Below are positions 28,718 to 39,247 of a stretch of 50,533 nt of DNA, piece by piece (position 1 is the stretch's first letter; each line of letters starts with the position of its first letter). A program made the position numbers and the translations under genes. The stretch is from assembly GCA_038240635.1 (NCBI GenBank), contig JBBRGS010000003.1:1-50533 (forward strand). The letters run 5' to 3'. The notes beneath the pieces are model-generated. The model had not been told where the DNA came from. It worked only from the letters and a program-made list of their open reading frames with translations, and did not search any database. The DNA is from Armatimonadota bacterium (GTDB lineage Bacteria; Armatimonadota; DTGP01; JAHWJO01).

Positions 28718-29464
28718 ATGACCGTTCCCAAAACTTCCTCCGACGCCGAAGCCTTCTGGAACCGGGTATACGCGGGCCGTACCATCGCCGTCACCGACGA
28801 TGATCGCCCCGTCATCGAGACGGCGCACGCGACCTTCGGCGACCTGAATGGCAGGCGCCTCCTCGATGTGGGGTGCGGCAACGGCAGCAGCTCCATCTTC
28901 TTTGCCGAGCGCGGCGCCTGCGTCACCGCCCTGGACACCAGCCAGACAGGCATCACCGCCCTCCGCCGCTACTGCGACGAACACGGCGTCACCGGCGTGG
29001 AACCCCTCTGCGCCTCCGCCTTCGACATCGCCGACCTCGGCCCGTTCGACTTCATCTACGGCGCGATGATCCTCCACCACCTGGAGCCGTTCCCCGACTT
29101 CGTGGAGGTCCTCCGCCGGGCGCTGAAGCCGGAAGGGAAAGCGTTCTTCTACGAGAACAGCGCCATGAGCGGCCTCCTCATCTGGTGCCGCGAGCGCCTG
29201 GTGGGACGCTTCGGCATCCCTAAGCACGGCGACGACGAAGAGACGCCTCTCACCCCCGGCGAGGTGAGCGCGCTGCGGAAACGGTTTCACGTCGAAGTCT
29301 TCTACCCGGAATTCTTCTTCGTGCGCCTCGTCTCTATGTACCTGCTCAAAGGCCGCTTCGACGCGCAGGTCCGGGCGTTGGATCGGGCGCTCTTCCGCGT
29401 GAAGCCGCTCCGGCGCTACTCCTACCGGCAATGCCTGAAACTCTCCGAGGGGCCGGGCGACTGA
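28718..29464 (+). CDS. Class I SAM-dependent methyltransferase
   Basis: LLDVGCGNG, FDFIYG..ILHH, LKPEG. Confidence 0.88.
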   Translation: MTVPKTSSDAEAFWNRVYAGRTIAVTDDDRPVIETAHATFGDLNGRRLLDVGCGNGSSSIFFAERGACVTALDTSQTGITALRRYCDEHGVTGVEPLCASAFDIADLGPFDFIYGAMILHHLEPFPDFVEVLRRALKPEGKAFFYENSAMSGLLIWCRERLVGRFGIPKHGDDEETPLTPGEVSALRKRFHVEVFYPEFFFVRLVSMYLLKGRFDAQVRALDRALFRVKPLRRYSYRQCLKLSEGPGD

Positions 29465-29627
29465 AGTCGCGGCAAGAAGGACGCTAAGTCGGCCTTCGCC
29501 GACTACCTTCCTGGCCAGGGGTACGGACTAAAACGACTCGAAAACCTACTTTCGTGGATCGGTTCTCACCGATGCTCCAGTCCGCGAAGGCGGACTACGT
29601 GCATTAGGTGCTGCGACTTCAGTCGCC
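29456..29627. repeat. REPIN/MITE-like element made of two inverted REP-like units
   Basis: ggcgactgaagtcgcggca (29456-74) is 18/19 inverted to 29609-27; inner hairpins agtcggc-cttc-gccgact (29487-504) and agtccgc-gaag-gcggact (29579-96). Confidence 0.8.
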
Positions 29628-29790
29628 GGGAGCTTGTAAAGTTCCGGGAGTGGGCAGGGTTCCGCTGGAGCCGCACGTCATGCTATCATGCCCGCGCGCC
29701 AGGACAGTGTCCGACCCGCCGCCTAACCGAGCGGAAAACTTACCGATACCGCGTCACTACGCTCCATTCGACTGAAGCCACCGAGGAGCC

Positions 29791-30387
29791 ATGCTCGACA
29801 CCGACCAGTATCTCCAGCTGCTGAACGACACCCTCGCCCGCGTGGACCGCGACGCCGTGTCCGCCACCGTCGCCGAACTGGAGCGCCTCTTCACCGAAGG
29901 CCGACGCCTCTTCGTGTGCGGCAACGGTGGCAGCGCCAGCACCTCCAGTCATCTCGTCTGTGACTTCCAGAAGTCGCTCATCGCCCCCAATGGGCGCTGC
30001 CTGAAGGCGTTCGCGCTCACAGACAGCCAGCCGCTCATCACCGCCTGGGCGAACGATTTCCATTACGATCAAATCTTCTCCGGGCAGCTGGGGGTCCTCG
30101 GAGAGGCGGGAGACACGCTGCTCGCGATCTCCGGCAGCGGCAACTCGCCCAACGTGCTGAACGCCGTACGCCGCGCACGCGAGATGGGGATGACCACCCT
30201 CGGCTGGAGCGGCTATCAGGGCGGCAAACTTGCCGGGATGGTGGACTTGAACGTGCTGGCTCCCGTTGAGAATATGCAGGTCGCGGAGGATGCGCACATG
30301 ATCATCGGGCACATCGTCTTCACCCGCCTGCTTCAGGCGTTGCCTCGGCTGGCGGGCCTCGACGTGGAGGAGAGCATCGCGGCCTGA
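29791..30387 (+). CDS. gmhA: SIS-domain phosphoheptose isomerase
   Basis: VCGNGGSASTSSH, TAWAND, ISGSGNSPNV, EDAH; GAGGAG RBS. Confidence 0.85.
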   Translation: MLDTDQYLQLLNDTLARVDRDAVSATVAELERLFTEGRRLFVCGNGGSASTSSHLVCDFQKSLIAPNGRCLKAFALTDSQPLITAWANDFHYDQIFSGQLGVLGEAGDTLLAISGSGNSPNVLNAVRRAREMGMTTLGWSGYQGGKLAGMVDLNVLAPVENMQVAEDAHMIIGHIVFTRLLQALPRLAGLDVEESIAA

Positions 30388-30415
30388 TCTCTTACCCTTA
30401 TGGGAAGAGGGATTC

Positions 30416-30453
30416 TTCCATCCGGGAGGAGAGGTTTTTCCATCCGGGAGGAG
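30416..30453 (+). repeat. 16-bp direct repeat, 22-bp period
   Basis: ttccatccgggaggag at 30416 and 30438. Confidence 0.75.
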
Positions 30454-30792
30454 GAACGCTTCCGCCGGGCGAAAAGGGGAGCAAGCTCGGTAAAGGGGTT
30501 TGTCACCCGTATGTCCAATAAAGTGACAGGACGCTTTACCACTCCCGGAGTGAGCGGCCTGAAAATCGGAAGCGCGGTTCCCGCGCAAGCCTGAGAAATC
30601 GTTGACAGTGCCATGACGAGTGTAAAATCGGCGCATTCCCCTGAGCGGTTAATGACAACGGACGGGCCTCAACGGCTCCGTTGGTGGCGAGCCACCCATT
30701 AATACAACGCGGCAATCGGCTCCCCGAAGGCGAGAGCGCCGCGCGGGACGTCCGCCGTTCCTTCAGACGATGTGCCCCGGAGGCGCCACTCG

Positions 30793-31524
30793 ATGATTCA
30801 GACGCGGTTACGCCAACGCTCCCCCCACGCTCTCGCGCCTTCCAGCGCAGCCGCAGCGCTCTCTCACCCTCCCCTGCAGGACGGAATCGTTCTCCCATAT
30901 ATTCCGCCCAAACTCCAAAACCGCTCGTTTCGCATCGCCAAGCGGACCTTCGATATTCTCTTCTCCGCGCTCGGCCTCCTCGTCCTCTCTCCCTTCTTCC
31001 TGCTGATGGCCGTCGCCATCAAACTGGACTCCAAAGGCTCCGTCTTCTTCCGACAATCACGAGTGGGGCTGAGCGGTCGAACCTTCAACTGCTACAAGTT
31101 CCGCTCCATGCGCACCGACGCCGAGAAACTCCAGGACGAACTCGCGCACCTCAACGAGCGGAACGGCCCCGTCTTCAAAATCACTCACGACCCGCGCGTC
31201 ACCCGCCTGGGCATCTTCATCCGCAAGTACAGCCTCGATGAGTTCCCCCAGCTGTACTGCGTGCTGCGGGGCGATATGTCGCTGGTGGGGCCGCGCCCGC
31301 CCCTCCCCAAAGAAGTCGCCGTCTACGAGCCGCACCACCTCCGCCGCCTCGAAGTCAAGCCGGGCCTCACCGGCCTCTGGCAGGTCAGTGGCCGCGACCT
31401 GAGCGATTTCGAGCAGTGGGTGCGCCTGGATGTCCATTACATTGACACTCTCAGCCTCTGGAACGAGCTGGTGATCCTCGCCCGAACGCCGCTCGCGGTC
31501 CTCTCCGGCAAAGGCGCCTGCTGA
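30793..31524 (+). CDS. Priming sugar (phosphoglycosyl) transferase, Bac_transf family
   Basis: [47 protein letters not shown]. Confidence 0.95.
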   Translation: MIQTRLRQRSPHALAPSSAAAALSHPPLQDGIVLPYIPPKLQNRSFRIAKRTFDILFSALGLLVLSPFFLLMAVAIKLDSKGSVFFRQSRVGLSGRTFNCYKFRSMRTDAEKLQDELAHLNERNGPVFKITHDPRVTRLGIFIRKYSLDEFPQLYCVLRGDMSLVGPRPPLPKEVAVYEPHHLRRLEVKPGLTGLWQVSGRDLSDFEQWVRLDVHYIDTLSLWNELVILARTPLAVLSGKGAC

Positions 31525-31701
31525 TCCCCGCCGAGTCCTTCGCTTCTCCGCGATGCGCGGCGCCGAGATCCATGCTGACCCCTGCCGTTCCAGCCGTGCC
31601 AGGGCTTTCCACCGCCGGAGCCATTCCCGGCTCCCCCTGAGGCGCCAACCTCTCCGCTTCCTCCGCCTCAACGCCCTCGGAACACCGCGCCACCCTCCTC
31701 C

Positions 31702-33720
31702 ATGACTTCTTCTTCTCCTCATCGCGCCGCCACACTCGCCTGCACTTTCGGCCTCGGTCTGCTTGCCGTCGTCGGTGCGGGCGCCGCTCAGGATTCGGTT
31801 CCGACGCCTGCGCCCGTCCCTGCACAAGGTCCCGCTCAGGAGGTCGCTCCTCCCGCTCCGGCGCCCCTCGCTCCTCCCGCCGCGCGTCCCCCAACTCCCT
31901 TGTCCGGGTATGTGCAGGAAGTCTCCGGCGCGACGGCGCGTCTGAGCCTGCGGGATGCCGATGGCGTGAAGCCCGGCGATGAATTCTCCGCCCTCCAATA
32001 TGGCTATGAGATCGCGCGCCTTCGGATCACCGCCGTTACGAAGACCGATTCCGTGGCGGATATCCTCCTGCAACAGCCCGGTGTCATCCTCCGCCGCCTG
32101 GACACCGTCGTCCCCACGACCGCCCTTCCCAAGCCGTCCACCACGCTGGAGCCGCTGCCGCCCCCGCTTCCCGGCCAGGAGGTGAAGCCCTCCCGCCGAA
32201 AGCGCCGCCGCGCTCGAAGCCGGGACGCCGAAGCGGGTACCCTCGTCTCGCGGGCGGATTGGACCTATCCAGCCCTCTCCTCCCTCGTGGAACGCGAACT
32301 CCTCTCCGGCGTGGCCGCGCGCGAGTTTCACGGCGACCAACAGCTCACACGAGGCGAAATCCGCGAACTCATCGCCGAAGCCCTCGAAACCGCCGCCGAA
32401 CGCCGCCAGGATGTGATCACTCCCCCGCAGTCCACCGCTCCCGCCGCCGACGGCTCCGTTTCGCCCTCCCCGGCAGCGGCGATGGAAGGAGCGCCCTCTT
32501 CCGGGTCTGAAGCGTCGGCGGGCAACGACGCTTCCCCCGCTCCCCGGTCTCCCTCCGTCGGGTCGGATCGCCTCCTGTACCACCTCGCCCAGGAGTATGG
32601 CCTCGACCCCGGTATGCCCGTCCCGAAGCGCGGCCCCGCCCTCACCTCCACGCATCGGTATCGTCTCGTCGCTGGGGAAAAGCCGCATTTCACCACGGGA
32701 ACCAATCAGGCGCTCATGAGCCTGGGCCGCGACCAGTACGCCGTCGTCTCTCTCTCCCGCGAGCGCCGCGAATGGTACGGCGACCACGATTACCCCTGGC
32801 TCAACGAGGCGTTCTATCATACTCACTGGCTCGGCGTGAACTGGGACGTGGGGCAGCGCGCGCTGCGTTGGGGGCCAGGCTACACCGGCTCCATGATCCT
32901 CGGTGATGTGGCGCCCTCGCTGCCAATGGTGAGAGGAACACGCGGTTTATCGCTGGGCCGGACCTTCGGCTACTGGAACGCCGAAGGGTTCGCCAGCCGC
33001 ACCACGGAGTCCGGCGGCGCGCGGTACCTGCTGGGGCATCGCCTCTCGCATGCCTTCAGTCCGAGCGTCTCCTTCGGCCTGTCGGAAACCTCCAAGGCGG
33101 CCAAAGCGCCCAACCCGCTCGCCCTCGTCCTGCCGTTCCAGCTCTATCAAAAGCTGTTCGAGAAGTCCACAAATGTGATCAACATCCAGGTCGGCCTTGA
33201 TCTCCGCGTCGCCGGTCGCCATCAGGAGGGTTACGGCGAACTCTTCATAGACGACATCACCGCGCCGAAGGGTCTGGGGCAGGCTCCTGTCCCCCGGAAG
33301 ATCGGCTTCCTCGCCGGCTACCGGTACGCCAACCTGTTCGGTGACGAAGGGACCGATGTGCGCGTGGAGTACGCTCAGACCGACTCGAACGCCTACCTCC
33401 ACCGTAACCCGACCATCTCCTATTTCAATCGGGGCATCCCGCTCGGCCACCCAATGGGTCCCAACTCAAAATCGTACATGGTGCGCGCCGACCGCCGCCT
33501 CACCCCCAAACTGGAGGTCACGGCGGCGGCGCAGGTCCTGCGGCCCAAAGGACCCATCACGCCCACCACCGCCAAAGGGACGGCGTTCACGCTGGCCGCC
33601 GCGTATGACCTGCGCAATGACCGCTCCCTCACCCTCAAATTGAGTCCCGGCAGCCGCGTGGATCGGTACACCGTCGAGCGGAAGAGCAGCCTGGAACTGA
33701 TCGCCGACTGGAATTTCTGA
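31702..33720 (+). CDS. wzi: Capsule assembly Wzi-family outer-membrane beta-barrel with SLH-like helical segment
   Basis: Signal peptide; DWTYPALSSL…LTRGE SLH-like segment; WGPGYTGSMIL, GHRL, YGELFIDD, LGHPMGPNS; terminal Phe. Confidence 0.7.
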   Translation: MTSSSPHRAATLACTFGLGLLAVVGAGAAQDSVPTPAPVPAQGPAQEVAPPAPAPLAPPAARPPTPLSGYVQEVSGATARLSLRDADGVKPGDEFSALQYGYEIARLRITAVTKTDSVADILLQQPGVILRRLDTVVPTTALPKPSTTLEPLPPPLPGQEVKPSRRKRRRARSRDAEAGTLVSRADWTYPALSSLVERELLSGVAAREFHGDQQLTRGEIRELIAEALETAAERRQDVITPPQSTAPAADGSVSPSPAAAMEGAPSSGSEASAGNDASPAPRSPSVGSDRLLYHLAQEYGLDPGMPVPKRGPALTSTHRYRLVAGEKPHFTTGTNQALMSLGRDQYAVVSLSRERREWYGDHDYPWLNEAFYHTHWLGVNWDVGQRALRWGPGYTGSMILGDVAPSLPMVRGTRGLSLGRTFGYWNAEGFASRTTESGGARYLLGHRLSHAFSPSVSFGLSETSKAAKAPNPLALVLPFQLYQKLFEKSTNVINIQVGLDLRVAGRHQEGYGELFIDDITAPKGLGQAPVPRKIGFLAGYRYANLFGDEGTDVRVEYAQTDSNAYLHRNPTISYFNRGIPLGHPMGPNSKSYMVRADRRLTPKLEVTAAAQVLRPKGPITPTTAKGTAFTLAAAYDLRNDRSLTLKLSPGSRVDRYTVERKSSLELIADWNF

Positions 33721-33762
33721 TCGCTCGTTCCCCGGCGGAGCTGCCGAAGAGCGCTCGGCGCC

Positions 33763-34539
33763 TCATCCTCCCTCGCGCCGCAGGAGCAGGGCGGCCATGC
33801 GCCCGGTCAGGCCGTCTCGGCGGTAACTGAAGAACCAATCACTCTGGCACGCCGTGCAGAGTCCCGACACCGCGATTCGATCCGGCGACACGCCCGCCTG
33901 AAGCAGCTGCGCGCGATTGACCGCCACCAGATCGGCGAAGGCGCGACCGCTTATGCGATGGATGGCTCCATCCCACCGCTTCAGCGCGACGGCGACTTCC
34001 GGGCCGACTTCGTAGCAGCACGGGCCGATGCATGGCCCCAGCGCCGCCCGCACCTCGCCGGGACGAGTTCCAAAGGTATCCGCCATCGCCCGAACCGTTT
34101 TCAGAGCGATCTCCGCCGCTGTCCCGCGCCAGCCCGCGTGCGCCAGTCCGATGGCATGGGTGCGCGTGTCCACCAGCGCCACCGAAGCGCAATCGGCGAA
34201 GAAGAGGACGAGCGGCGTCTCCCTCGCGTCGGTCACAAGGGCGTCCACACCGGAGAGTTTGCGGCCCGCGTCGGCTTCCGTCACCACGGCGACCGCGTTC
34301 CCGTGGACCTGTTCCGCCGTCACCCAACGATCTGGAGGGATGCCCAGCGCATCGGAGAACCGCGCTCGATTGGCCGTCACGCGCGCGGGATCATCTCCCA
34401 CGTGATCCCCCAGGTTGAAGGAGCGCCACGGCTCCAGGCTGACCCCGCCGCCGCGCGTGCTGTAACCGTGAACGATTCCTTCAGGCGAGTCGGGGAAGAG
34501 TGGCAGCGTCGTGAGAGAAGAGGAGGCGTTGGAGTTCAT
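33763..34539 (-). CDS. pgeF: Peptidoglycan editing factor PgeF/YfiH (DUF152)
   Basis: STRGGGVS, NLG, QVHG, FADC, HAGWRG, GPCIGPCCYEVG, FFSYRRDG.TGR. Confidence 0.93.
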   Translation of the reverse strand: MNSNASSSLTTLPLFPDSPEGIVHGYSTRGGGVSLEPWRSFNLGDHVGDDPARVTANRARFSDALGIPPDRWVTAEQVHGNAVAVVTEADAGRKLSGVDALVTDARETPLVLFFADCASVALVDTRTHAIGLAHAGWRGTAAEIALKTVRAMADTFGTRPGEVRAALGPCIGPCCYEVGPEVAVALKRWDGAIHRISGRAFADLVAVNRAQLLQAGVSPDRIAVSGLCTACQSDWFFSYRRDGLTGRMAALLLRREGG

Positions 34540-34565
34540 TCAGGGCATTCTCCGCTGAAGCGCCT

Positions 34566-35579
34566 TCAGGTGTGTTCACGGGCGTAGCGGACCAGCGCGT
34601 GGAAGTTGTCCGGCGGCGTGTCGCGCGTGACTTCGCAGCCCGCCCCCACGATGTAGCGGCGACCGGCCTGCCGATGACACTCCCCGACTGCCGCATATAC
34701 CGATTCAGGGGTTCCATCCTGCAGGACGCGCACGGGGTCCAGGTTGCCCAGCAGGGTCTGTTCCGGCCCCATGGCGGCGCGGCCTTCGGTCATCGGCGAG
34801 AGGAAGTCGAGGTCCACCAGTTCGCAGCCGAGGCGCCCCATCCCCTCGAGGATGCGGCGCGTGTCGCCACAGATGTGAAGCCGCGCGGGAACGCCCATCG
34901 CGTGGATGCCGTCCACCAGCCGCTGCTCGAACGGCCCGATGAGATTAGCCCAGGGGCGCGGCCCGGCGAGGGATGCGGCGGCGTCCCCGATGCCGATCTG
35001 CTCGGCGCCCGCGTCCACCTGCGCCTGAGCGAAGCGAAGTTCCATCTCCACGACGAACTCGAAGAGGCGCCGCACGAAGTCGGGCCGGTCGTGGAAGTCG
35101 GTCATGAGGGTGTTGATCCCGCGCAGGTCGGCGGCCTCGGCGGTGGGACCCTCCACCCAGCCTTCCACGAGTTTCGTCCCTCCCACGCGGCGCTGACTCA
35201 GGGCAATCGCATCAAGGCGATTCTTCATGCGGCTGCCTGGGCGGAGAGGATCAGGCAGCTCCAGTCGGTCGAGGGCCGCCGGATCGGCCAGCAGGGAGTT
35301 CGATTCGATCATGGAAGGCACGGCGTCGGGGTAGAAGACGACTTCGGCGCCGAGGTCCGCCGCCTCCACGCACGGGTCGGACATACTGTTCACGTAATCG
35401 AGATCAAATTCCTCGGCGACGCGGACCTGTCCCTCCACCAGCGTGCGGTAATCGGTGGCGTACTCCTGGTACGGCGCGCCGATTCGCGCCGCCGCAAATT
35501 GCATGGTGATGGCGAGGCACGGCAGGCTGTCCACGGGCCGCCCCGCCTCCATCGCCAACACGCGCTCCCTGCCGGTCAT
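34566..35579 (-). CDS. UroD/MtaA-family methyltransferase (MtaA/CmuA-like; paralogue 7)
   Basis: MTGRERV start; EAADLG, GP..EA..LRG, LHICG and GAGCEV (HxC…C Zn ligands), LGNLDP, TPPDN. Confidence 0.88.
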   Translation of the reverse strand: MTGRERVLAMEAGRPVDSLPCLAITMQFAAARIGAPYQEYATDYRTLVEGQVRVAEEFDLDYVNSMSDPCVEAADLGAEVVFYPDAVPSMIESNSLLADPAALDRLELPDPLRPGSRMKNRLDAIALSQRRVGGTKLVEGWVEGPTAEAADLRGINTLMTDFHDRPDFVRRLFEFVVEMELRFAQAQVDAGAEQIGIGDAAASLAGPRPWANLIGPFEQRLVDGIHAMGVPARLHICGDTRRILEGMGRLGCELVDLDFLSPMTEGRAAMGPEQTLLGNLDPVRVLQDGTPESVYAAVGECHRQAGRRYIVGAGCEVTRDTPPDNFHALVRYAREHT

Positions 35580-35622
35580 GACCGCCTCCTGTTTCCCATC
35601 GCCTGTGACGCCCCACTGATGC

Positions 35623-36693
35623 TCAGCGCCACGTCGCCACGCGCGCCACGAGGGCGTTGGCCTCTTCCGGCGAGTTCGCCCACGTCTGGAGCATGACGCC
35701 TTCGGGTCGCAGCGCCTCCATCATGGTGTCGAGTTCATCGGGGTCCACCACGATATGCATACCCTTTCGGGCGGCCTGAATCCTTTGAAAGACGGGAAGG
35801 TGGTCCGACGCCCGGCCTTTCCCCTCGCCCCAGACGAATTGGATGGCGTCGAGTTTGGGGATGTCCAGCAGCGCGTCGAGGTGCGGGAGAGCGCCCAAGC
35901 CATCGAGGTGGTAGATGGAGCGGTCCAGCCACTCCACTTCCTCGACGATCTCCGGGAGAAAGAATTCGCGGAACATCTTCGGGCTGACCATGATCGCCAC
36001 GTCGCACGAGGGGATATAGTAGCGCCCACGCGTGAAGAGCGGCAGCCAGCTGGTGGTGTGGAACTGCCCCGCCGCGTGTAGCAGCGCCTCCTGCGCCTCG
36101 TAGAAGGTGTAGAACGACGGCCGCAGCCGATCCATGAGCGCGTGAACCGCCTCCGGCTCGGTGATGAGGTCCATGCAGAGCAGTTGTGGCTCGCGCAGGG
36201 ACGCGGCGAGGTCTCCACCGGGGTGCAGGTCGGTGATGCCGACGAGGAATTTGCCCGCGCCGACCTCCAGCGCCAGCCGGGTCATCTCCAGCATCGTTTG
36301 AAAGTAGACGTTGTCGGGATGGAAGGCGACGGACGCGAGGTCAATGCCGTCGGCCATGGTCGGCTCGCTCCACGACGTGGTTTCGCCAAACTCCAGTTCC
36401 GCCCCGTACGCCGCCGAGAGGATTTCCGGTCCCAGGTTGGGATGGAAGTTGGGCAGCAGCTCACCCGCCCACCAGGTGTTCCGCGCCGCGATGTCCGCGC
36501 AGGCGACCTGAAACTCCACATCCATCCAGCGGTCGCGCAATGTGGCGTGTGATTTGACCGGGTAAGGCAGCGGATTTGGCCGTGGCGCGGCGACCTGGAG
36601 GCAGGGGCGGTCGAGTAATTCGCGGTTCCACCAGGCGTCGACGCGCGCGGCGGCGCGAGCGGCGTCCGGCTTGTATTCAAGGGTAAGGTCCAT
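35623..36693 (-). CDS. Divergent UroD-fold putative corrinoid methyltransferase (YHLDG type; paralogue 6)
   Basis: AWW…DRP, NLGP, D…MVSPKMFREFFLP, IYHLDG, LDAIQ. Confidence 0.7.
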   Translation of the reverse strand: MDLTLEYKPDAARAAARVDAWWNRELLDRPCLQVAAPRPNPLPYPVKSHATLRDRWMDVEFQVACADIAARNTWWAGELLPNFHPNLGPEILSAAYGAELEFGETTSWSEPTMADGIDLASVAFHPDNVYFQTMLEMTRLALEVGAGKFLVGITDLHPGGDLAASLREPQLLCMDLITEPEAVHALMDRLRPSFYTFYEAQEALLHAAGQFHTTSWLPLFTRGRYYIPSCDVAIMVSPKMFREFFLPEIVEEVEWLDRSIYHLDGLGALPHLDALLDIPKLDAIQFVWGEGKGRASDHLPVFQRIQAARKGMHIVVDPDELDTMMEALRPEGVMLQTWANSPEEANALVARVATWR

Positions 36694-37011
36694 TGCGTCT
36701 CCTGAGCGGCGGACTGCGGGTTAATGCGTTCAGGGTCAGCCGCTAATGCAGAGGAGACGAAGAGCGCAAAGGGCCGCAGAGAACTCCTTGAGGGAGGTCG
36801 GAGTGAGCTGAGAGAGTGTTCGCCGTAAGCGCCCTGGGGTGAGCCATGTGAGAGGAGGACAGGTATGCATCAGCGTGAGCCGTGGAATATTAGACGTAAA
36901 CACCCGTGGGACGAGCTGTGGGAATTGAGGCGAAAGCGCCTGCGTGGTCGTGCCGTGGCGCTGAACCCCACGGCTCTCCCCTGAGTCCCCTGTTGCCCCT
37001 CCCACATGGAA

Positions 37012-38082
37012 TCATTCGTAGCTCCCCAGCCGCTTCGCCAGCCCGACGATGTGCCGGAACCCTTCGAGGCTCACGCTCTCCGGCACCGAATGATCGGACG
37101 AGAAGATGTAGCCGCCCGACTCCTTCACCACCGGCAGGACCTTCCGCATCTCGGCTTCAATGGCGTCGAGGTCGTCCCACAGGACCGCGTTGATGCCCCC
37201 GTGAAGCACGAGGCGGTCGCCATAGGTTTGCTTCAGGGCGATGGGGTCCATCCCGGCCTTCACTTCGAGCGGGTTGAGGGCGTCCAGGCCGATTTCCACC
37301 AGTTCCGGCACGAACGGGTTCACATCGCCACACGAGTGGAGGTGCGCCTTGACCCCTTTGGCGTGCGCCCACTCAATCGCCCGTTGATGCACGGGCTTCA
37401 GGACCCGGCGATAAGTCCGCAGGGAGAAGAATTGCGAGTGCTTGTACCCCATATCGTCCGGCCAGAAGACGCTGTCGAAGGAGTATCCGGCGTCCCAGAC
37501 CCGATCCAGCAGGGCGAGATTCACATCGAGGAAGTGATTGAAGATGTCCGAGAGCCAGTCGGGGTCCTCCACCAGCGCGATCAGCACGGTTGTCGTGCCC
37601 ACCGTCCACGAATGGGTGATGTCGAAGCCGAACCAGAGTCCCGCCTGGAGCCAGCAGCCGTCGTCTCGCCATTTCGCGTAGTTCGCCTTCAGGTGGTCCC
37701 ACGGGATGCGGTCGTCGGAGGGGGTCATGCGGGCTTTGGCTTCAGCCCAGGTGTCGCGGTCGTGGATTTTGAAATCGAGGAATTCAGGGACGCCCCCGGT
37801 GTGCTTCCAGTCCTTCAGGGTGGCGCCGTACGCCGTGGTGTGGACACGGTATTCGTCGGTCTGTTCCAGCGTCTCCACCGGGTAGCGCGGGCTGATGTCC
37901 ACGCCGAGGTGCGCCACCTTGTCGAGATCGAAGTAGTCGCGGAAGTCCACGCCGTCGGGCATGCCTTCTCGGCGCCACCGTTCGAGGGTCGCGCCCCAGG
38001 GGTCATCAATGATCGGGATGCGGTCGGCGTCCCGGTGTTCAAACATCCGTTGAAAGCGTTCGCGAGAGGTCAGCGCCGTCAT
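37012..38082 (-). CDS. UroD-family putative corrinoid methyltransferase (paralogue 5)
   Basis: LTSRERF…DRIP, DDMG, LHSCG, LNPLE, LHGGI, GGYIFSSDHSV. Confidence 0.85.
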   Translation of the reverse strand: MTALTSRERFQRMFEHRDADRIPIIDDPWGATLERWRREGMPDGVDFRDYFDLDKVAHLGVDISPRYPVETLEQTDEYRVHTTAYGATLKDWKHTGGVPEFLDFKIHDRDTWAEAKARMTPSDDRIPWDHLKANYAKWRDDGCWLQAGLWFGFDITHSWTVGTTTVLIALVEDPDWLSDIFNHFLDVNLALLDRVWDAGYSFDSVFWPDDMGYKHSQFFSLRTYRRVLKPVHQRAIEWAHAKGVKAHLHSCGDVNPFVPELVEIGLDALNPLEVKAGMDPIALKQTYGDRLVLHGGINAVLWDDLDAIEAEMRKVLPVVKESGGYIFSSDHSVPESVSLEGFRHIVGLAKRLGSYE

Positions 38083-38143
38083 GAGAGGGTCTCCCGATGC
38101 GTGGGTCTGTCCCGTAATAGAGGGGGGGAAGGGGGATCGTGGG

Positions 38144-39247
38144 CTAAGCGTATCGGCCGTACTCGTGAACCGCTTCCACGAAGGCGACGATGTTCTCCCA
38201 GGGGACTTCCGGCTCCACGACGTGGGTCGGCGCGAGGAAGAGGCCGCCCCCCGCGCCCATCGTGGCGATGCGCTCCTTCACCACGGCGCGCACGTCGTTC
38301 GGAGTCCCAAACGGCAGCGTGGACTGCGTGCCCATCCCGCCCCAGAACGCGATGCGGTCGCCATAGCGGGCCTTCAGGGCGGCGCCGTCCATGCATTCGG
38401 GCTGAACGGGATTGAGGATGTCCACGCCGATCTCGATCAGGTCCTCCAGGAGGGGCGTCACGTCGCCGTCGCTGTGGTAGAAGATGAGGAGGTCGGGCTT
38501 CACGCGCTTCGCCGCCGCAATGACGCGCGCGAGCCGCCCCTTGAGCCACCGGCGCCACAGGGGGACGCGCATGAGCATCCCGCGCTGGCTCGCCACATCG
38601 TCGCCAAGGCGGATGATGTCGGCGCCCGCTTCGGCGTAGCGCGCGGCCTGGACCTCGCGCATGGCGGTGATGCGGTCGAGGAGCGTTTCGGCGAACTCGC
38701 TCCCTTCCAGGAAGTCCACCAGCAGCCGCTCCATGCTCCGCATATACCAGGCGATTTCAAAGATCGTGCATTCCAGCCCGGCGGTGGCGGCGAGTCCGGC
38801 GGCCTGGATGGCGGCGATCTGGCCGGGAAGATGCGCGTAGCGGTAATCGGCTTCGATGTCGGGCAGGGGGTAGTCGAGCGCGTCCTGACGGGTCTCCAGC
38901 CGCAGCATGGGATAGACGAAACCGGAGAGGTGAGAGTGCTGCGCGTCGCGGCTGTCCGTCGCCTGGTGGCCGATGCCCCATTCATCCACATGGGTGCGCG
39001 GCGGGAGATCAGGGTGATAGGCGGAAAAGTCGGTCGCCTGGCGCGTCCCGGCGATGTGGACCCCGCGCACGTCCACGCCGAAGTAGTCGTCGGGGCTGTC
39101 GGCGCCGGTGCGCTGGCGAAACTCCTCCAGCTTCGCCGGGGAGAAGCCCTGCGAGAAGTCGAACGGCACGCGATCCGGCGTCCGGCGTCGCATGGCGGTC
39201 ATGACCCGTTCCCTGCCGGACATTGTGGTGGAAGAGGCGGCGCTCAT
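38144..39247 (-). CDS. UroD-family putative corrinoid methyltransferase (paralogue 4)
   Basis: MSGRERV…PDRVP, DEWG, GDDVA, YHSDG, ILNPVQPECMD, FWGG, APTHVV.PEVPWEN. Confidence 0.88.
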   Translation of the reverse strand: MSAASSTTMSGRERVMTAMRRRTPDRVPFDFSQGFSPAKLEEFRQRTGADSPDDYFGVDVRGVHIAGTRQATDFSAYHPDLPPRTHVDEWGIGHQATDSRDAQHSHLSGFVYPMLRLETRQDALDYPLPDIEADYRYAHLPGQIAAIQAAGLAATAGLECTIFEIAWYMRSMERLLVDFLEGSEFAETLLDRITAMREVQAARYAEAGADIIRLGDDVASQRGMLMRVPLWRRWLKGRLARVIAAAKRVKPDLLIFYHSDGDVTPLLEDLIEIGVDILNPVQPECMDGAALKARYGDRIAFWGGMGTQSTLPFGTPNDVRAVVKERIATMGAGGGLFLAPTHVVEPEVPWENIVAFVEAVHEYGRYA

